DNA of 63,966 nt, filler included, from Octopus bimaculoides (lineage: Eukaryota): assembly GCF_001194135.2 (NCBI RefSeq). It is 4 parts of 3 records of this genome, joined end to end, with 100 filler letters (N's around TTAATTAATTAA, not from the genome) between each part and the next. Parts side by side here need not be neighbours in the genome. Positions count along the whole stretch, not along the records: positions 18,842 to 40,140 come from NC_068981.1; 3 more parts are not named here. One strand, written 5' to 3'. The notes under the pieces were generated by a model, which saw only the letters and a program-made list of their open reading frames with translations, did not search any database and was not told the origin of the DNA. Both the position numbers and the translations under genes were made by a program. Positions 24,071 to 37,861 of the stretch are shown here, piece after piece (positions within the stretch are counted from its first letter, which is position 1; every line of letters begins with the position of its first letter).

Positions 24071-24373
24071 CAACTTAATGTGACAGTCTCCTGAAGGGAA
24101 TAATACTACTGTTGGTTAGACCTAGAAAGCTGCACTGCTCCCTGTCGGCCTTGACACATTTCCTGTGTCCTTATGTTCACAAGGAGGAGACAAGCACATC
24201 CACCCAGCTAAGCCTGCATCCACCTCCACCCATTAGCTGGGTGGAGGTGCTTGTCTCCCCCTTGTAAACATAAGGTCACAGGAAATGTGTCAAGGCCGAC
24301 AGGAAGCGGTGCAGCTTCCTAGGTCTAACCAACAGTAGTATTATTCCCTTCAGGGGACTGTCACATTAAGTTG
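24071..24373. mobile_element. Fold-back MITE (about 140-bp arms)
   Basis: 24071-24211 is the reverse complement of 24233-24373 with about 8 mismatches by my count. TTAA at 24075-78 and 24366-69 encloses TGTGACAG...CTGTCACA. Confidence 0.9.
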
Positions 24374-26094
24374 ACAGCATACAATTACTTCATCGTATCA
24401 CTACTGCATAAATCACTCTGAGAAATTTTAAAATGTATTATTTGTAAAGGTAAAATTCAACATAGAAAGAAGTACGCAACAACAAAAAAACTACCATGGA
24501 TACTATATTAGTTGTGCTCTTGACATGAATGTGAAAATCCGGCTGCTGTTTCGGACGTCAGTNNNNNNNNNNGGGAGATGAAAGGAAAATGGGGGAGAAT
24601 GAGAGAGGAAAAAAGGGAAAAAAGACAGAATACGATAAAGAAAAATACATGGAAATTTGCCGGAGATTGCTGCAAAAGAATATTCAGTGTAATCCAGGTG
24701 CAGATCCAAGTTAGCGTTCCCAGGTGGAGATCAAAGTTGGAGTTTATAGCAATATTTAATAACGTTAATAGCTGAAAGAGCATAAAGTAGTTTAATGCTG
24801 GTTCTGTGGGTAAATTTCTGCTGTTGCAAGATCTGCAACCAGTCACATACGCACTTCAATCCACACACAAGTGTTTCAGACATGATAATGTCGGGTTCTA
24901 CGCAACATGGTCAGTGCTAAAATGATTTGATCAAAGACCTACGCAGTTTTTAGCGTTGATCAAAAACTAAACACCGTCCTTAATAAATTGGGTTTAATTT
25001 AAATAGAAGCGTTCAGATGTGTCTAGCGCAGAGAAGGGATTTGGTTATTTACTAAAGAAAGAGTTTGATGTACGTGGGAGTGAGTGTGTGCATGTGAATG
25101 AGTGTGTGTTTCTGTGTATGTGTGCGTGTGTTTGCGTGATCAGATATTAGTCGGACATAAACTTCGCCTTTTATTTTTTTGCAAATTTTAAGGATTAAAG
25201 AAAAGAAAAGAAAGAAAGAAAGAAAAAAGAAAGAAAATAGTAAACAAAGAAACGGGGAAGGAAATAGAGAGAGAATGAAGTATCATATGTCTCAAGCATA
25301 ATATGGTGGAAAGTGAAAGAGTTGAAATGCATTGTGTAAATAAACTTGGTAAAATAAACAAAATCTTCATTGTAATCATTGACGGAAGGGAAGAAATAAA
25401 ATATTTTTTCTGGCCTCAAGTAAACTGCCAAGAACACACTCTTGAAATTCCTTGTGAACAGCAGCTGTATAACAAGATGAAAGACCACTCGTAAATATAT
25501 CACTGAGTAAACTCACATGTGATGATGTGTCGTCTGTGTATGGTTCTATGTATGTGTGTATGAATGTATGTGCTATAAATGTATTTATGTAAGTGTGTTT
25601 GTACGTATGTATGTATCTTATATATGTATGTATGCATTCATGTATGTATGTATTTATGCATGTATGTATGTATGTATGTATTTAGGTATGTATGTATGTA
25701 TGTATGTATGCGTGCATGTGTATCTATCCATATGTGTACCTATCCATACTTCTGTCTACGAATGTATGTACGTAATGTATGAGTATATATATATATAATT
25801 CTAATGTGTAAGTGGGATATTGTTGGCGTGTATGTTTCTATATATGTGCATGTGTGTGTGTGTGTGTAAGTGTATGTACTGGGTATTGTATACATGTGTG
25901 TGTACGTTCCTGTACTTCTGCTCTAGCTCCTGTTTGTTTATAGATATTTCAATGTGTATACCTTCGTATAATTCTATTTGATCAACATATACCTTTCTGT
26001 CTCTCTGTCTGTCTGCCTGTCTGTCTGTCTGTGTCTCTCTCTCCCTATCTCCCCTCTCTCCCTATCTCCCCTCTCCTACTCTCCCACTCTCCCC

Positions 26095-26134
<40 letters not shown>

Positions 26135-26720
26135 CGCTTTGTGTTTGTGTGTGTATGTACATTTCGATCTGTATCTTCATGCATACGAACGTATAAAGAA
26201 AACCGTGTGTAAACGATACATCGCTGCACGGAGGACATACGGTTGCACACATATATAAGACAAATAACTTACTTTTACGCAAATACCACACTTGATACAA
26301 CAAACATACCTTTTGATCTCTTGTATAAATTTACCATGGAACCTCGTCGAAATTCGTACCAAGCAGGTTTCTCACTAGCCTGGTCATTCATCAAAATTCA
26401 ATAGATAGTCGAATAGTGTTGTAACTTGGCTGAAAGAAATTCTGTTTTCATTTGATTACTCTGTGTAGTAATGCATTCAGGCACCTTGCTCCATAGTCAT
26501 GATAGCATACCTACACTAATGAACACTAATGAAATAATCCTCCGATTACTTATCGTTATGCAATTATTATATTAAAAAGAAATCGGCAACTATTACTCAA
26601 CAATGTTTTTCTTTTTCCTTATTATCCCAAAATATATGATCTATGTGCATATTTCAAGTGTTTATACAATTCAAAGCCTTCTAAATTGCAGTATTCACCT
26701 TGAGAGAGTATCTCTTATAG

Positions 26721-26959
26721 ACGTGTAGAGATCTTTTTAAATTTCTTTCAACCACTCGAAATATTTCAAATTTTCACCATTTTTCTCAAAATTTCTACAG
26801 CTTTGTATGCTGATGACGAGAATGCTAGTAATTTTTGGAAAAAATGATGAATGCAATTTTCGCCATCAGCAAGCAAAGCTACATCGAAATCACGCATTTT
26901 TGAAAATAATCTAGTGTGAATATTTCAAGTGGTTGGAAGAATTTTAACAAGCCACACGT
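26721..26959. mobile_element. Degenerate palindromic MITE
   Basis: acgtg..tttcaaccactcgaaatatt pairs with aatatttcaagtggttggaag..cacgt. Inner agctttgtatgctgatgacg pairs with cgccatcagcaagcaaagct. Confidence 0.7.
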
Positions 26960-27120
26960 AAAGTGTTATAAACAAAGAATATCAACAGCAGGCTACAAAT
27001 AGCGCAGTTTCAACATATACATTTCAACTATACATATATAGATTGTTAATTTTTCTTTTATTTGGATTTGGTGAGAGAAAGAAAAGCAGGATCACGACCC
27101 GTTATTTTTTTTTCTTTCAG

Positions 27121-27230
27121 AACCTGGTGGAATGAAGAGAGGAATTTATCCTCAACCCTGTGATCTGGTTCGAGTGCTTGCAACAGAGAGAAAATTGCTA
27201 CCCAAGGACCAGTATGGTGGTGCGAAATAG
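27121..27230 (+). CDS. Candidate terminal coding exon of an unidentified gene
   Basis: Strong acceptor (long T run then ctttcag) and phase-1 frame PGGMKRGIYPQPCDLVRVLATERKLLPKDQYGGAK*. Confidence 0.4.
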
Positions 27231-27334
27231 CATGACAGATTAAGTCTGCCACCCAAGAACTCAGAAAGCAAACAGCTGGAACAAACACCGCAGGACATCT
27301 CATCCGACAAGCTAAACATTCCGCTAATCCACCA

Positions 27335-27481
27335 CCCAGGGCTGGTACTTATGTTTTCAACTCCGAGCAGATGAAAGGCAGAGCTGACCTTGATGGGATT
27401 AAAACTCAGTACGCAGTGAACCGGAATAAATACTGTAAGATATTTTGTCCTACGCTCTAATGACTTTGCCATCTTGTCACC
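27335..27481 (-). mobile_element. Second tRNA-derived SINE family (degenerate)
   Basis: ggtacttat...atgaaaggcagagctgacctt...ctctaatgactttgcc. Related copies at ~30380, 36725, 38203, 52200, 57700-58040, 58086. Confidence 0.65.
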
Positions 27482-27832
27482 ATACTAGCAGTAAGAACGT
27501 GGGGGTGGAGTCTTACGGGGTTACTCGACCGGTTAGACAACAACTAAATATCCTTCAAATCAAGCATACTGTGTTCAACAAAGAATGATATATTGGATGT
27601 TGTAGTCCCTACTAACTCAATAAAAGGCAAATTACATTGGTTTGAATGGCTCAGTGGTTGGCTCAATCAAGTTTGAATGGCTCAGGGCTCAGTGGTTGGC
27701 TCAATCAAGTTTTAGCTGGGAATCAAACAGCATCAACAATCAATCATACCCGCAATGTTTTCTAGAAGTGCGCATATTTGTGTGTATGCGTGCAGCTGTA
27801 TATATTTGTGTGTGCTCACTCATTCACTCACA

Positions 27833-27898
<66 letters not shown>

Positions 27899-28415
27899 CA
27901 TAAATACATACACATCAACACTAAAAAAAAAATTACATTTTTCTCTAACTTAGGAAATGTTCTTATTATTGTGGTACAGATGTGGTACAGAGCCGTATAA
28001 TAATGCATTCAGGGATATAATAAAGTTCATTTCATTTTGACCTCACATCCCGTTGAGATCAGATTTATGCCTCCACATAACTTGGTGATCTTGAACCTAT
28101 ATAAGAATTCATCAACTGTGTGTCTTCGACACTTGCCGTTGTATTGAATGTATTCTATGTAATACAAATGTAGTGCCCACCACTGCTGTCTTCTGTTTTG
28201 CCTACACGTATTTCAGCTACAGAGCTTGAATTGCCTATTTGCTTTAATCTTTATAAAGACATCTGTTATTAGCGAAAGGACCTACTTTCAGCTTCCATAT
28301 TCTGGCTATTTCTATTTCTGAATCTATATATTGGAATGGTTCAACTATTTCTTTTATAATTAGATAATAGTATGCTGCACGAATATTTCAATCAGGAGGT
28401 ATTCATTGTCTAGAT

Positions 28416-29200
28416 CAGTGGTTACTCTTTACTCTTACTCTTTTACTTGTTTCAGTCATTTGACTGTGGCCATGCTGGAGCACCGCCTTTTAGTCGAGCT
28501 AATCGACCCCAGGACTTATTCTTTGTAAGCCTAGTACTTATTCGATCGGTCTCTTTTGCCGAACCGTTAAGTTACGGGGACGCAAACGCACCAGTATCGG
28601 TTGTCAAGCGATGTGGAGGGAACAAACACAGACACACAAACATATATACACACACACATACATATATACATATATACAACGGGCTTCTTTCAGTTTCCGT
28701 CTACCAAATCCACTCACAAGGCTTTGGTCGGCCCAAGGCTATAGTAGAAGACACTTGCCCAAGGTGCCACGCAGTGGCCCTTTAGGCAGCGGGACTGAAC
28801 CCGGAACCATGTGGTTGGTAAGCAAGCTACTTACCACACAGCCACTCCTGCGCCCCAATTTTTTTGTTTTTTTTTATCTATGGGCCCATTTGATTACTAT
28901 CTTCCTCTGGTGAACCCCCATAGCCATTCATTCGATGGTTATAACCGAGTTTTATAGATACATATTTTAAAATTTATATTTTGTAATTCACCCATTAACT
29001 TCTATAGGCTAATCTATGTAAAACGTTTGAGAAAGAAATTTAGCCATTTCTTACAATAAATACATCTAAAGCTGATTTTTTTATGGACCCTTAATATACC
29101 TCTGTGGATCCCCAATTTACCATTTTGCTAGCATGGACTCCCCAAAATCTTACATGGACCCCCACCCCCGGGATCATATGACACTGTTTGAGAATCACTA
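28416..29200. mobile_element. hAT (Charlie-type) MITE with 8-bp TSD, interrupted by a SINE
   Basis: Perfect TSD GTCTAGAT at 28408-28415 and 29201-29208. Termini cagtggtt...gagaatcacta. NTCTAGAN is the Charlie/hAT target consensus. Confidence 0.85.
28424..28855 (-). mobile_element. Full-length tRNA-derived SINE
   Basis: Head GGCGCAGGAGTGGCTGTGTGGTAAG (A box) ... GGGTTCAGTCCC (B box), central microsatellite, (AAGAGTA)n-like tail. Confidence 0.9.
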
Positions 29201-29558
29201 GTCTAGATGATTTTTTGACAAAGGTCATTTTTCCAAATCTTTGTCCCTTTGTAAACAGGCATGACCCCCTTTGCGACAGCATTTTCCTGACGTAAGTTTA
29301 TGCAATCTGTTTTATATCGGTTGCGGTATTTAGACATGCCCCATTGATTTCTGAATCAAAGTCCCAGTAAGATAAAGCTTACCACTTTCGCTCATCGGTG
29401 ATCAAATTTCCGGCCATATGATGAATATCTTAAATTAGGAATAATTATTTTATTATTGAAAGAATTAGTCAAAAGGAATATAGAATCATGTAATCCTTAT
29501 TTAAAAAAAAAAAGAAATAGAAAAATAAAAAGTTTTTCCACTCATATTAAACAACATA

Positions 29559-29729
29559 GGCGTAGGAGTGGTTGTGTGGTAAGTAGGTTGCTCATGAACC
29601 GCGTTGTTCCGGGTTCAGTCCCACTGCGTGGCACCTTGGGTAAGTGTCTTCGAATATAGTCCCGGGTCGACCAAAGCCTTGTGAGTAGATTTGGTAGACG
29701 GAAACTGAAAGAAGCCCGTCGTATATATG

Positions 29730-29767
<38 letters not shown>

Positions 29768-30069
29768 NNNNNNNNNNNNNNNNNNNNNNNNNNNNNNNNN
29801 NNNNNNNNNNNNNNNNNNNNNNNNNNNNNNNNNNNNNNNNNNNNNNNNNNNNNNNNNNNNNNNNNNNNNNNNNNNNNNNNNNNNNNNNNNNNNNNNNNNN
29901 NNNNNNNNNNNNNNNNNNNNNNNNNNNNNNNNNNNNNNNNNNNNNNNNNNNNNNNNNNNNNNNNNNNNNNNNNNNNNNNNNNNNNNNNNNNNNNNNNNNN
30001 NNNNNNNNNNNNNNNNNNNNNNNNNNNNNNNNNNNNNNNNNNNNNNNNNNNNNNNNNNNNNNNNNNNNN

Positions 30070-30103
<34 letters not shown>

Positions 30104-30331
30104 TATGTGAGTTTGTGTATGTTTGTGTGTCTGTGTTTGTCCCCTAACATCGCTTGACAACCGATGCTGGTGTGTTTACGTGCCCCGTAATCTAACGGTT
30201 CGGCAAAACAGACCGATAGAATAAGTACTAGCCTTCCAAAGAATAAGACCTGGGGTAGATTTGCTCGACTAAAGGCAGTGCTCCAGCATGGCCACAGTCA
30301 AATGACTGAAACAAGTAAAAGAGTAAAAGAG
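29559..30331 (+). mobile_element. Full-length tRNA-derived SINE with gapped (TA)n centre
   Basis: Same head, body and tail as 28424-28855 in the opposite orientation. Confidence 0.9.
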
Positions 30332-30821
30332 CAACTATATGCCTACTTTTGCCCGCATCTGTATGTATCATTCGTGAGTAGTGACTTGGCAGAGTCGTAA
30401 GGGTGGAAACTTAAAATTTCTTGGAGCTGTTGTTCCCGCTCTTGGCGTTTCGAATTCAAATCGCGCCGTAGTCAGTTTTGTTATTTATCGTTTTGTGATC
30501 GATAAAAGATGCAGGAATCTGGATTGATGGAACTCTAAGAATGTTGGATCGGATATCTGGTGGTTGTTATTTCGCTTCTTTGCTTTCTGACTTAAAATCC
30601 CCGCCATGCCATCTTGGGTATCTTAATCAGTTGCCCGATGTAACAACGCTACAACTCACCCTATGGTATAAAAATATTTTCTGGACCCCATCTCCCATCG
30701 GTCGAGGTAGCCTTGTATGAATCATTGATATTATCTTCTAAAAATTAATTTTGTATATACCCAGTATAACCATTTACATTAAAAGTTAATTTTGTATACA
30801 CCCAGTATAAGCATTTACGTA

Positions 30822-30904
30822 CATGTATGTATATGTATGCATGTACATATATGTATGCATGTACATATATGTATGCATGTACATATATGTATGCATGTAC
30901 ATAT
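30822..30904. repeat. 18-bp minisatellite (ATGTATGCATGTACATAT)n
   Basis: About four units running into a gap. Confidence 0.8.
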
Positions 30905-31168
30905 NNNNNNNNNNNNNNNNNNNNNNNNNNNNNNNNNNNNNNNNNNNNNNNNNNNNNNNNNNNNNNNNNNNNNNNNNNNNNNNNNNNNNNNNNNNNNNNN
31001 NNNNNNNNNNNNNNNNNNNNNNNNNNNNNNNNNNNNNNNNNNNNNNNNNNNNNNNNNNNNNNNNNNNNNNNNNNNNNNNNNNNNNNNNNNNNNNNNNNNN
31101 NNNNNNNNNNNNNNNNNNNNNNNNNNNNNNNNNNNNNNNNNNNNNNNNNNNNNNNNNNNNNNNNNNNN

Positions 31169-31208
<40 letters not shown>

Positions 31209-32049
31209 CTCTCTGCATTTTCATTTCTTGAAGGATTTATTTATATATATTTTTATCTTTTAAATCTTTCAGGTCATCCAATGTCGTTACATGCCATACA
31301 TATTAAGCAGACATACTTCTATTTTAGATACAATTAAACAAAAGATATCTGCAAGAAAGTAGTCAAAATCATGGAAACAGGCAATGCTTCTTTCTTTCTC
31401 GTCCGTACGTAGCCTGCAGTCAAAGAGAACAGAGCTATCTTTCAGTGTGTTGAGTGACGAAAAAAAGTGGTTCAATTTGCTGGAAGCATCATTTATTCTA
31501 CACTGAAGATTCTTGTGACCAATCAACAATGGGATTATGAGAATGTATTGTGATAGAAGAAGACAGCTAGCTACATAGTTAGCTGTCCGATGGTGACAGA
31601 TTCACATGATTGTTTTTGTTGTTGGTTTTGGGTTGTTGCCATTTCTATGATTTTTTTTTTTTTTTNNNNNNNNNNGATGATAGTAGGATTTATAGGAGTG
31701 AAAGAATAGGGTGACAATGATGAGAGGAGATTTTAGAAGGTGAGTGAGGGCTGGGAAGGATGTTAAAAGCAATGAAGGAATAATGTGTGATAAGGCTTAG
31801 AGAGAGAAGAAGAAAAAGAGGATAGAAACGGAGACAGAGAGAAAGAGACAGTTGCATATGGAAGAGATGTGGTAGAAGAGAAGATTATGCGAAAGTGATG
31901 GAAATGGAGGATCAATAAACGTGTTTGAACGAGGTTATGAGTGTATGTTTGTGTGGAGTTTGTGCGTGTGTGTATGTGTGTGAGAGCATGTTTGTGTAAC
32001 TATGAGCATGTAAATATGCATATGCACGTGTGTTTATGTCAATATATAG

Positions 32050-32068
32050 ATATGAATGCGTGTGTGTG

Positions 32069-32146
<78 letters not shown>

Positions 32147-33010
32147 TAATCAGATCTCTAAACTATGGGGAAACTGCCCAATAACATCTTACATCAGATA
32201 ATGAAAAGTCAGAATTTGTGTCCCATTATTGCCACAGCGTGCAATTAGCTCTAAGTAATCATATATAACACAAGCAGAAAGGGAATAAGGGAGGAATGTA
32301 GAAGGCGAAAGGAAGAGATGCATAGACAGACAGAGAGACAGAGACACAGAAACAGACAGACAGACAGACAGATTGATAGAGTAAATATGTGAGTGAGTGA
32401 GTGAGTGAGTGAGTGAGTGAGTGAGAAGAGCAATAAGAGACAATGAGAGTAGAAGTTATACGAAATGGGAGAGATGATAGGGACAAGAGGGGAGGAGATA
32501 CAAAGAAGAAAAAGAAGAAGAAGAGGGGGAGGAGGAGGACGAGGAGAGAATGAGAGACACGGATGGATGGGTAGATGGATGGATGGATGGATGGATGGAT
32601 GGATGGGTGGATGGATGGATGGATGGGTGGATGGATGGATGGATGGATGGATGGATGGGTGGGTGAAAGAATAAAAGAAGGAATGTCTGAAAGAATGAAA
32701 AAATCAATGAAGGAAGGAATGATTGAATTAAGGAAAAAAATGAATAAATTGCTGAATAGCTATATAAATGCATAAATGATATAAATGCATGAATGATAAA
32801 TGAAGAAATGAAGGAAGGCCGAATGAATGAATGAATATATATAAATGCATTAACAAATAAAATAATGACATAAATGAATGAATGAATAATCTCATAAATA
32901 ACTGAAAGAGTAGATAAAGTAATTAACGCTTGACTGAAGAAATGAATAAAAGAATAAGTAACTAGATGAATAAAGAAGAAAAGTATTAATGAGTGAAGAA
33001 ATGAATAAAT
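32050..33010. repeat. Compound microsatellite field (TG)n, (GACA)n, (GAGT)n, (GGAT)n, degenerate (GAAT)n
   Basis: Directly visible simple repeats. Confidence 0.9.
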
Positions 33011-35057
33011 GAAATCATGAGGTTCTGAATTCAATCTGACAATGTTGCATCTAAAGAAAGTGATTTTATCTAGCTTTGAGAAGAAATTAGGGTGACGGAA
33101 ACTGTGTGGAAGCCCCAGGTATATCGTAACTAATAATTCAAATGGATAAATAAATAATAGAAGACAATGAAATTGAGGTTAATACAATAAAACAAAAAGT
33201 GTTAGATGTGAAAATAAAGAGAATGAGGAATTGAGATGAAGAATAACAGAAGAACGAAACCCAAAACTATTGATTGCGAACGAGATTAGGAATGATAGAA
33301 GGCATCAGAGAATGAGAGAGAAAGAGAAGAAGAATGTGGCATCCATTTTAGGGCTTTAGATATTCCCTCTAGCGTACGGAACGATCCGTTAAAGGAATCT
33401 GGCTAAACGAAGATTTCTTTCCTTCACTCCTTAGCTTTATGCATTTATTTATTCATTTATTTATTTATTTTATTTATTTATTTATTTTATCTCTGGAACA
33501 TTCTGGAATGGTTAAAATTGACAAATAATTAAGCAACCATCTCCTGGAGCTGGGGATTAATATATGAAATATGGCGACGGTTTTCTGTCCTGTTCTGGAA
33601 TATATTTTTTCTTTTTTTTTTCTTCATCAATTCCTTTACAACTGCAGAACAATTTTACATTCTTTGGTGAACCCTGCAGAAATCAAATTATTTAAGCTAG
33701 CATGGCAGCATTAGATTTCCTTTTACCATTTTTGTTTTGTCCAGCACAGCGCTGCCCACTCTAACCCATTTCAAACTAGTCTAGTCCAAGCCAGTTCTTT
33801 TCAGTTTTTTTTTCTTTACCATTTTTATATTTTTTATATATTTTTTTTATTCNNNNNNNNNNNNNNNNNNNNNNNNNNNNNNNNNNNNNNNNNNNNNNNN
33901 NNNNNNNNNNNNNNNNNNNNNNNNNNNNNNNNNNNNNNNNNNNNNNNNNNNNNNNNNNNNNNNNNNNNNNNNNNNNNNNNNNNNNNNNNNNNNNNNNNNN
34001 NNNNNNNNNNNNNNNNNNNNNNNNNNNNNNNNNNNNNNNNNNNNNNNNNNNNNNNNNNNNNNNNNNNNNNNNNNNNNNNNNNNNNNNNNNNNNNNNNNNN
34101 NNNNNNNNNNNNNNNNNNNNNNNNNNNNNNNNNNNNNNNNNNNNNNNNNNNNNNNNNNNNNNNNNNNNNNNNNNNNNNNNNNNNNNNNNNNNNNNNNNNN
34201 NNNNNNNNNNNNNNNNNNNNNNNNNNNNNNNNNNNNNNNNNNNNNNNNNNNNNNNNNNNNNNNNNNNNNNNNNNNNNNNNNNNNNNNNNNNNNNNNNNNN
34301 NNNNNNNNNNNNNNNNNNNNNNNNNNNNNNNNNNNNNNNNNNNNNNNNNNNNNNNNNNNNNNNNNNNNNNNNNNNNNNNNNNNNNNNNNNNNNNNNNNNN
34401 NNNNNNNNNNNNNNNNNNNNNNNNNNNNNNNNNNNNNNNNNNNNNNNNNNNNNNNNNNNNNNNNNNNNNNNNNNNNNNNNNNNNNNNNNNNNNNNNNNNN
34501 NNNNNNNNNNNNNNNNNNNNNNNNNNATAATACGTTCAGGCAAAATGTACATAGATACATACATGCGTACATACACACATATACATACATAGGATACATA
34601 CATATATACATATATACATACATACATGCATACATACACACGGTTCATACATCCATACGTTATATAGATGCATATATGCATATATACACATATACATACG
34701 GTACATACGTACATGCATAAATACATACATTCAGGCATGCATGCGCACATACATATATACATACATACATACATACATACATACATACATGCATACGCAC
34801 GCACATACATACATTTCATACATACATTTCATACATACATACATACATCCATACATACACATACCGGAATTGTTTTTCTTTCTACGATAGCATGGTTTGG
34901 ATAGTTTGCATACCAGCGCATGGCATTACTCCTTGTGATTCGACCCAGCATTTTATTTGTGAGATGTATCTATGTATGTACGGGTGTATGTATATTTGTA
35001 GGTCCGTGTTTATATGCATATATATATATATATATAATACATATACATACACACACG

Positions 35058-35144
<87 letters not shown>

Positions 35145-35182
35145 TTATATAGATATAGTCATATATATATATGTGTGTGTGT

Positions 35183-35228
<46 letters not shown>

Positions 35229-36533
35229 TCTCCAGGCACAGAAATGTACCCACACAGATTCACACACCTCATACTTTCGCATTGTAACTATTATATATAT
35301 TCGTAAGACCGCAAGAATGCACACACACTTATGAAGAAAGATAATGTTTGTCTGTCGCAGTCCGAGAAAGACGGATTTACAATTTTTTGTTGAGCAACAT
35401 GCACGAATGATTTGTTTATAGTGATCAATTGTTTATGCTGCACATTAATTCACCCTCTCCATCAAATTGTTGTTGCCTGATGGGTGCACGGTGTACCACA
35501 CATCAGGTGTCGAAGTGATCGCAGGGCGATCGTTAGATAAAGTGGTTTGTTAAAGAACACAACGCACCACTCGGTCCAGGAATTGAAACCATGTTCTCGC
35601 AATTGTGATGCAAAACGCTAACCACTTACGCTATATACCTTCACACTGACTTATAATCGTGCAAATATACGCACAATCATGTAATAGAGTGTGACATATT
35701 TTCGAATATTTTATTCTGTTACATGAATGTACGAATACATATACGATGTATGATCTCATCGCTGCAGCGTAACGTCAACAATCTCATTTAAACAAAGTGA
35801 TTAATGGAGAGACCTATTAATCTAACTTGACTTTCCTGAATTACCGAAACGAATATATGAATGATTCAAAGTAGGTAAATCATAAATCAAGCACACCATA
35901 TGTAACGTAATATAGTACACAGTTCGTGTTAAGACTAAATAAATACGGTTCGCAAATATTGTTCACAAATATAATAAAGTGACGATTCTATAAACTCTGA
36001 CATTTTGTGTTAATAACAAAAACTTACCTTTTCTTAAGAGGATGTGTCATACATGTTATCAATAAAAGAGAAGGAAAAGACTGTGTTTTAATTTTTTGCG
36101 TAATCAGAATCTCTGGTGTTTAGAACATAGAAATATGAAGATCGTTAGAAAAAAAAAACGGAAATAGTTAGAATGGACGACATGAGTTACCTATTTTGAA
36201 GTGTTCACCCACTCGTTCCAGTAATACAGGTAAACCTAAATAGAATTTTTTTTTTTATACACCTTTACCGTTATTGCTCTCCTCTCACACTTCTCAGTAT
36301 ATAATATCTCATTCTTCAACACTTCCGTGACGGAAATACGTGCATCGAAAAAAGAAGAAAAAAGTTTTGATAGTAATAATTACACGTGAATTTGTGTTTC
36401 ATAATTTCGATGAAAATATATTTTTGTTTCCGGTATAGCAAATATTGCTATTCGTGAATAGTTTTTAGTCAGCGTATAACAAACTCAGTGAGTAAATACG
36501 TACCTGCATAATAATGTCACTGTATGTCTGAAA

Positions 36534-36572
<39 letters not shown>

Positions 36573-37228
36573 TATATATGTACGCTTATCTGTGTACAAA
36601 TTAGTGTATCAATATGCAGATGTGTGTGTATATGTGTGTTTGCGTGTGCGTGTTTGTATGTGTATGTATGTATGTGTGTTTGTGTGTTAGTATTGTATAC
36701 ATTGTATTATTAGGCACAAGAATAAGGCAGCGCGTTGGGGCACAATCGTAAGCATTCCGTACAACATGCTTTACATTCTGAGTTCAACTTGCGTCGAGGA
36801 ACTAATGAAAAGTGCCAGTTGTGCACTGGAGTCGATGTAAACTCCTCTCCTTAAGAATTACTGACCGTAAGCCAAAATAAGGAAATTTGTACTCGTAAAA
36901 CGGAGTAAATATTAAATTACGACTAGATACTGGTAGTCACATTTCAATCATCAACGCCGACCCTTGGAAGAAAGTAAGGAAACCTATGTTAAGAAAAACA
37001 TCAAAAACTGCACGCGGTGTGATGGATGACACTACACTCTGTAGGTGAAATATGGAATGATCTTACATTTCAGGGGAAAACTTGCAAGACGAAAGTTTTA
37101 GTCGTAAAGAAACCAATCTGTTTGGTACCTACTGGTTGGAGTTATTTGACTTTTAGGATCTCCCAATAAGCCGGCACTGTACAAAATTAAATGGCTGCCC
37201 CACTAGTGAAAAGAACGCAGCAGCTGAA

Positions 37229-37860
37229 TTGAAGAAAAAATTAATCACAAACGTGATGTGTAATGTTATTCACGAACTGCCAGTGACAGCACATGATATA
37301 AGAATGGTATCCGCAGACGATAATCACATTACAAGAATGAAAAAATTGTTGAACAATAAGCAAAATAAAAATACAAATTCGAATAATTTTTCATTACGCG
37401 ACGATGTTCTAATGTACGCGCAAAGAGTGGTGGTACCAACTGCACTACAGAAACAAGTATTGCGGGAATTCCACAGTGGATACCCGAGAATGTCGAGAAT
37501 GAAAGCCTTAATGAAGAGCTATGTATATTGGCCGTCAATGCATGGGGACATTGAAAATTGTGTAAAGTCATGCAGAGGTTGTGTGCTAGCAGCCAAAGTA
37601 CAAGTGCTGAAATACCAATCGTGGCCTGAGATGGATAGTCCGTGGTCCAGGGTACATATCAACTACGCTGGACCAGTGAATGGCGCATACTATCTAATCG
37701 CTGATGATAGCAGTACAAAGTGGCCCAGAGATATGCAGATGCAATTAACCAACCGCGAAAACAACAATAAAGTTATTTTATGAATTATTTGCCCGATACT
37801 GTGTTCCAGACACGTCGGTATCAGATAATGGAACATAATTTACGGGTAGTGAATTCAAAA
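37229..37860 (+). mobile_element. Gypsy-type LTR retrotransposon integrase fragment
   Basis: RVVVPTALQKQVLREFHSG...YVYWP...VKSCRGC (decayed HHCC zinc finger), PWSRVHINYAGP, and after a frameshift VPDTSVSDNGT. Confidence 0.9.
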
Positions 37861-37861
37861 A

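Noticed and set aside
31287-31529. 80-aa minus-strand ORF, or a plus-strand LINE endonuclease-like SVRSLQSKRTEL
   Set aside because: No convincing motif set; too weak to call.
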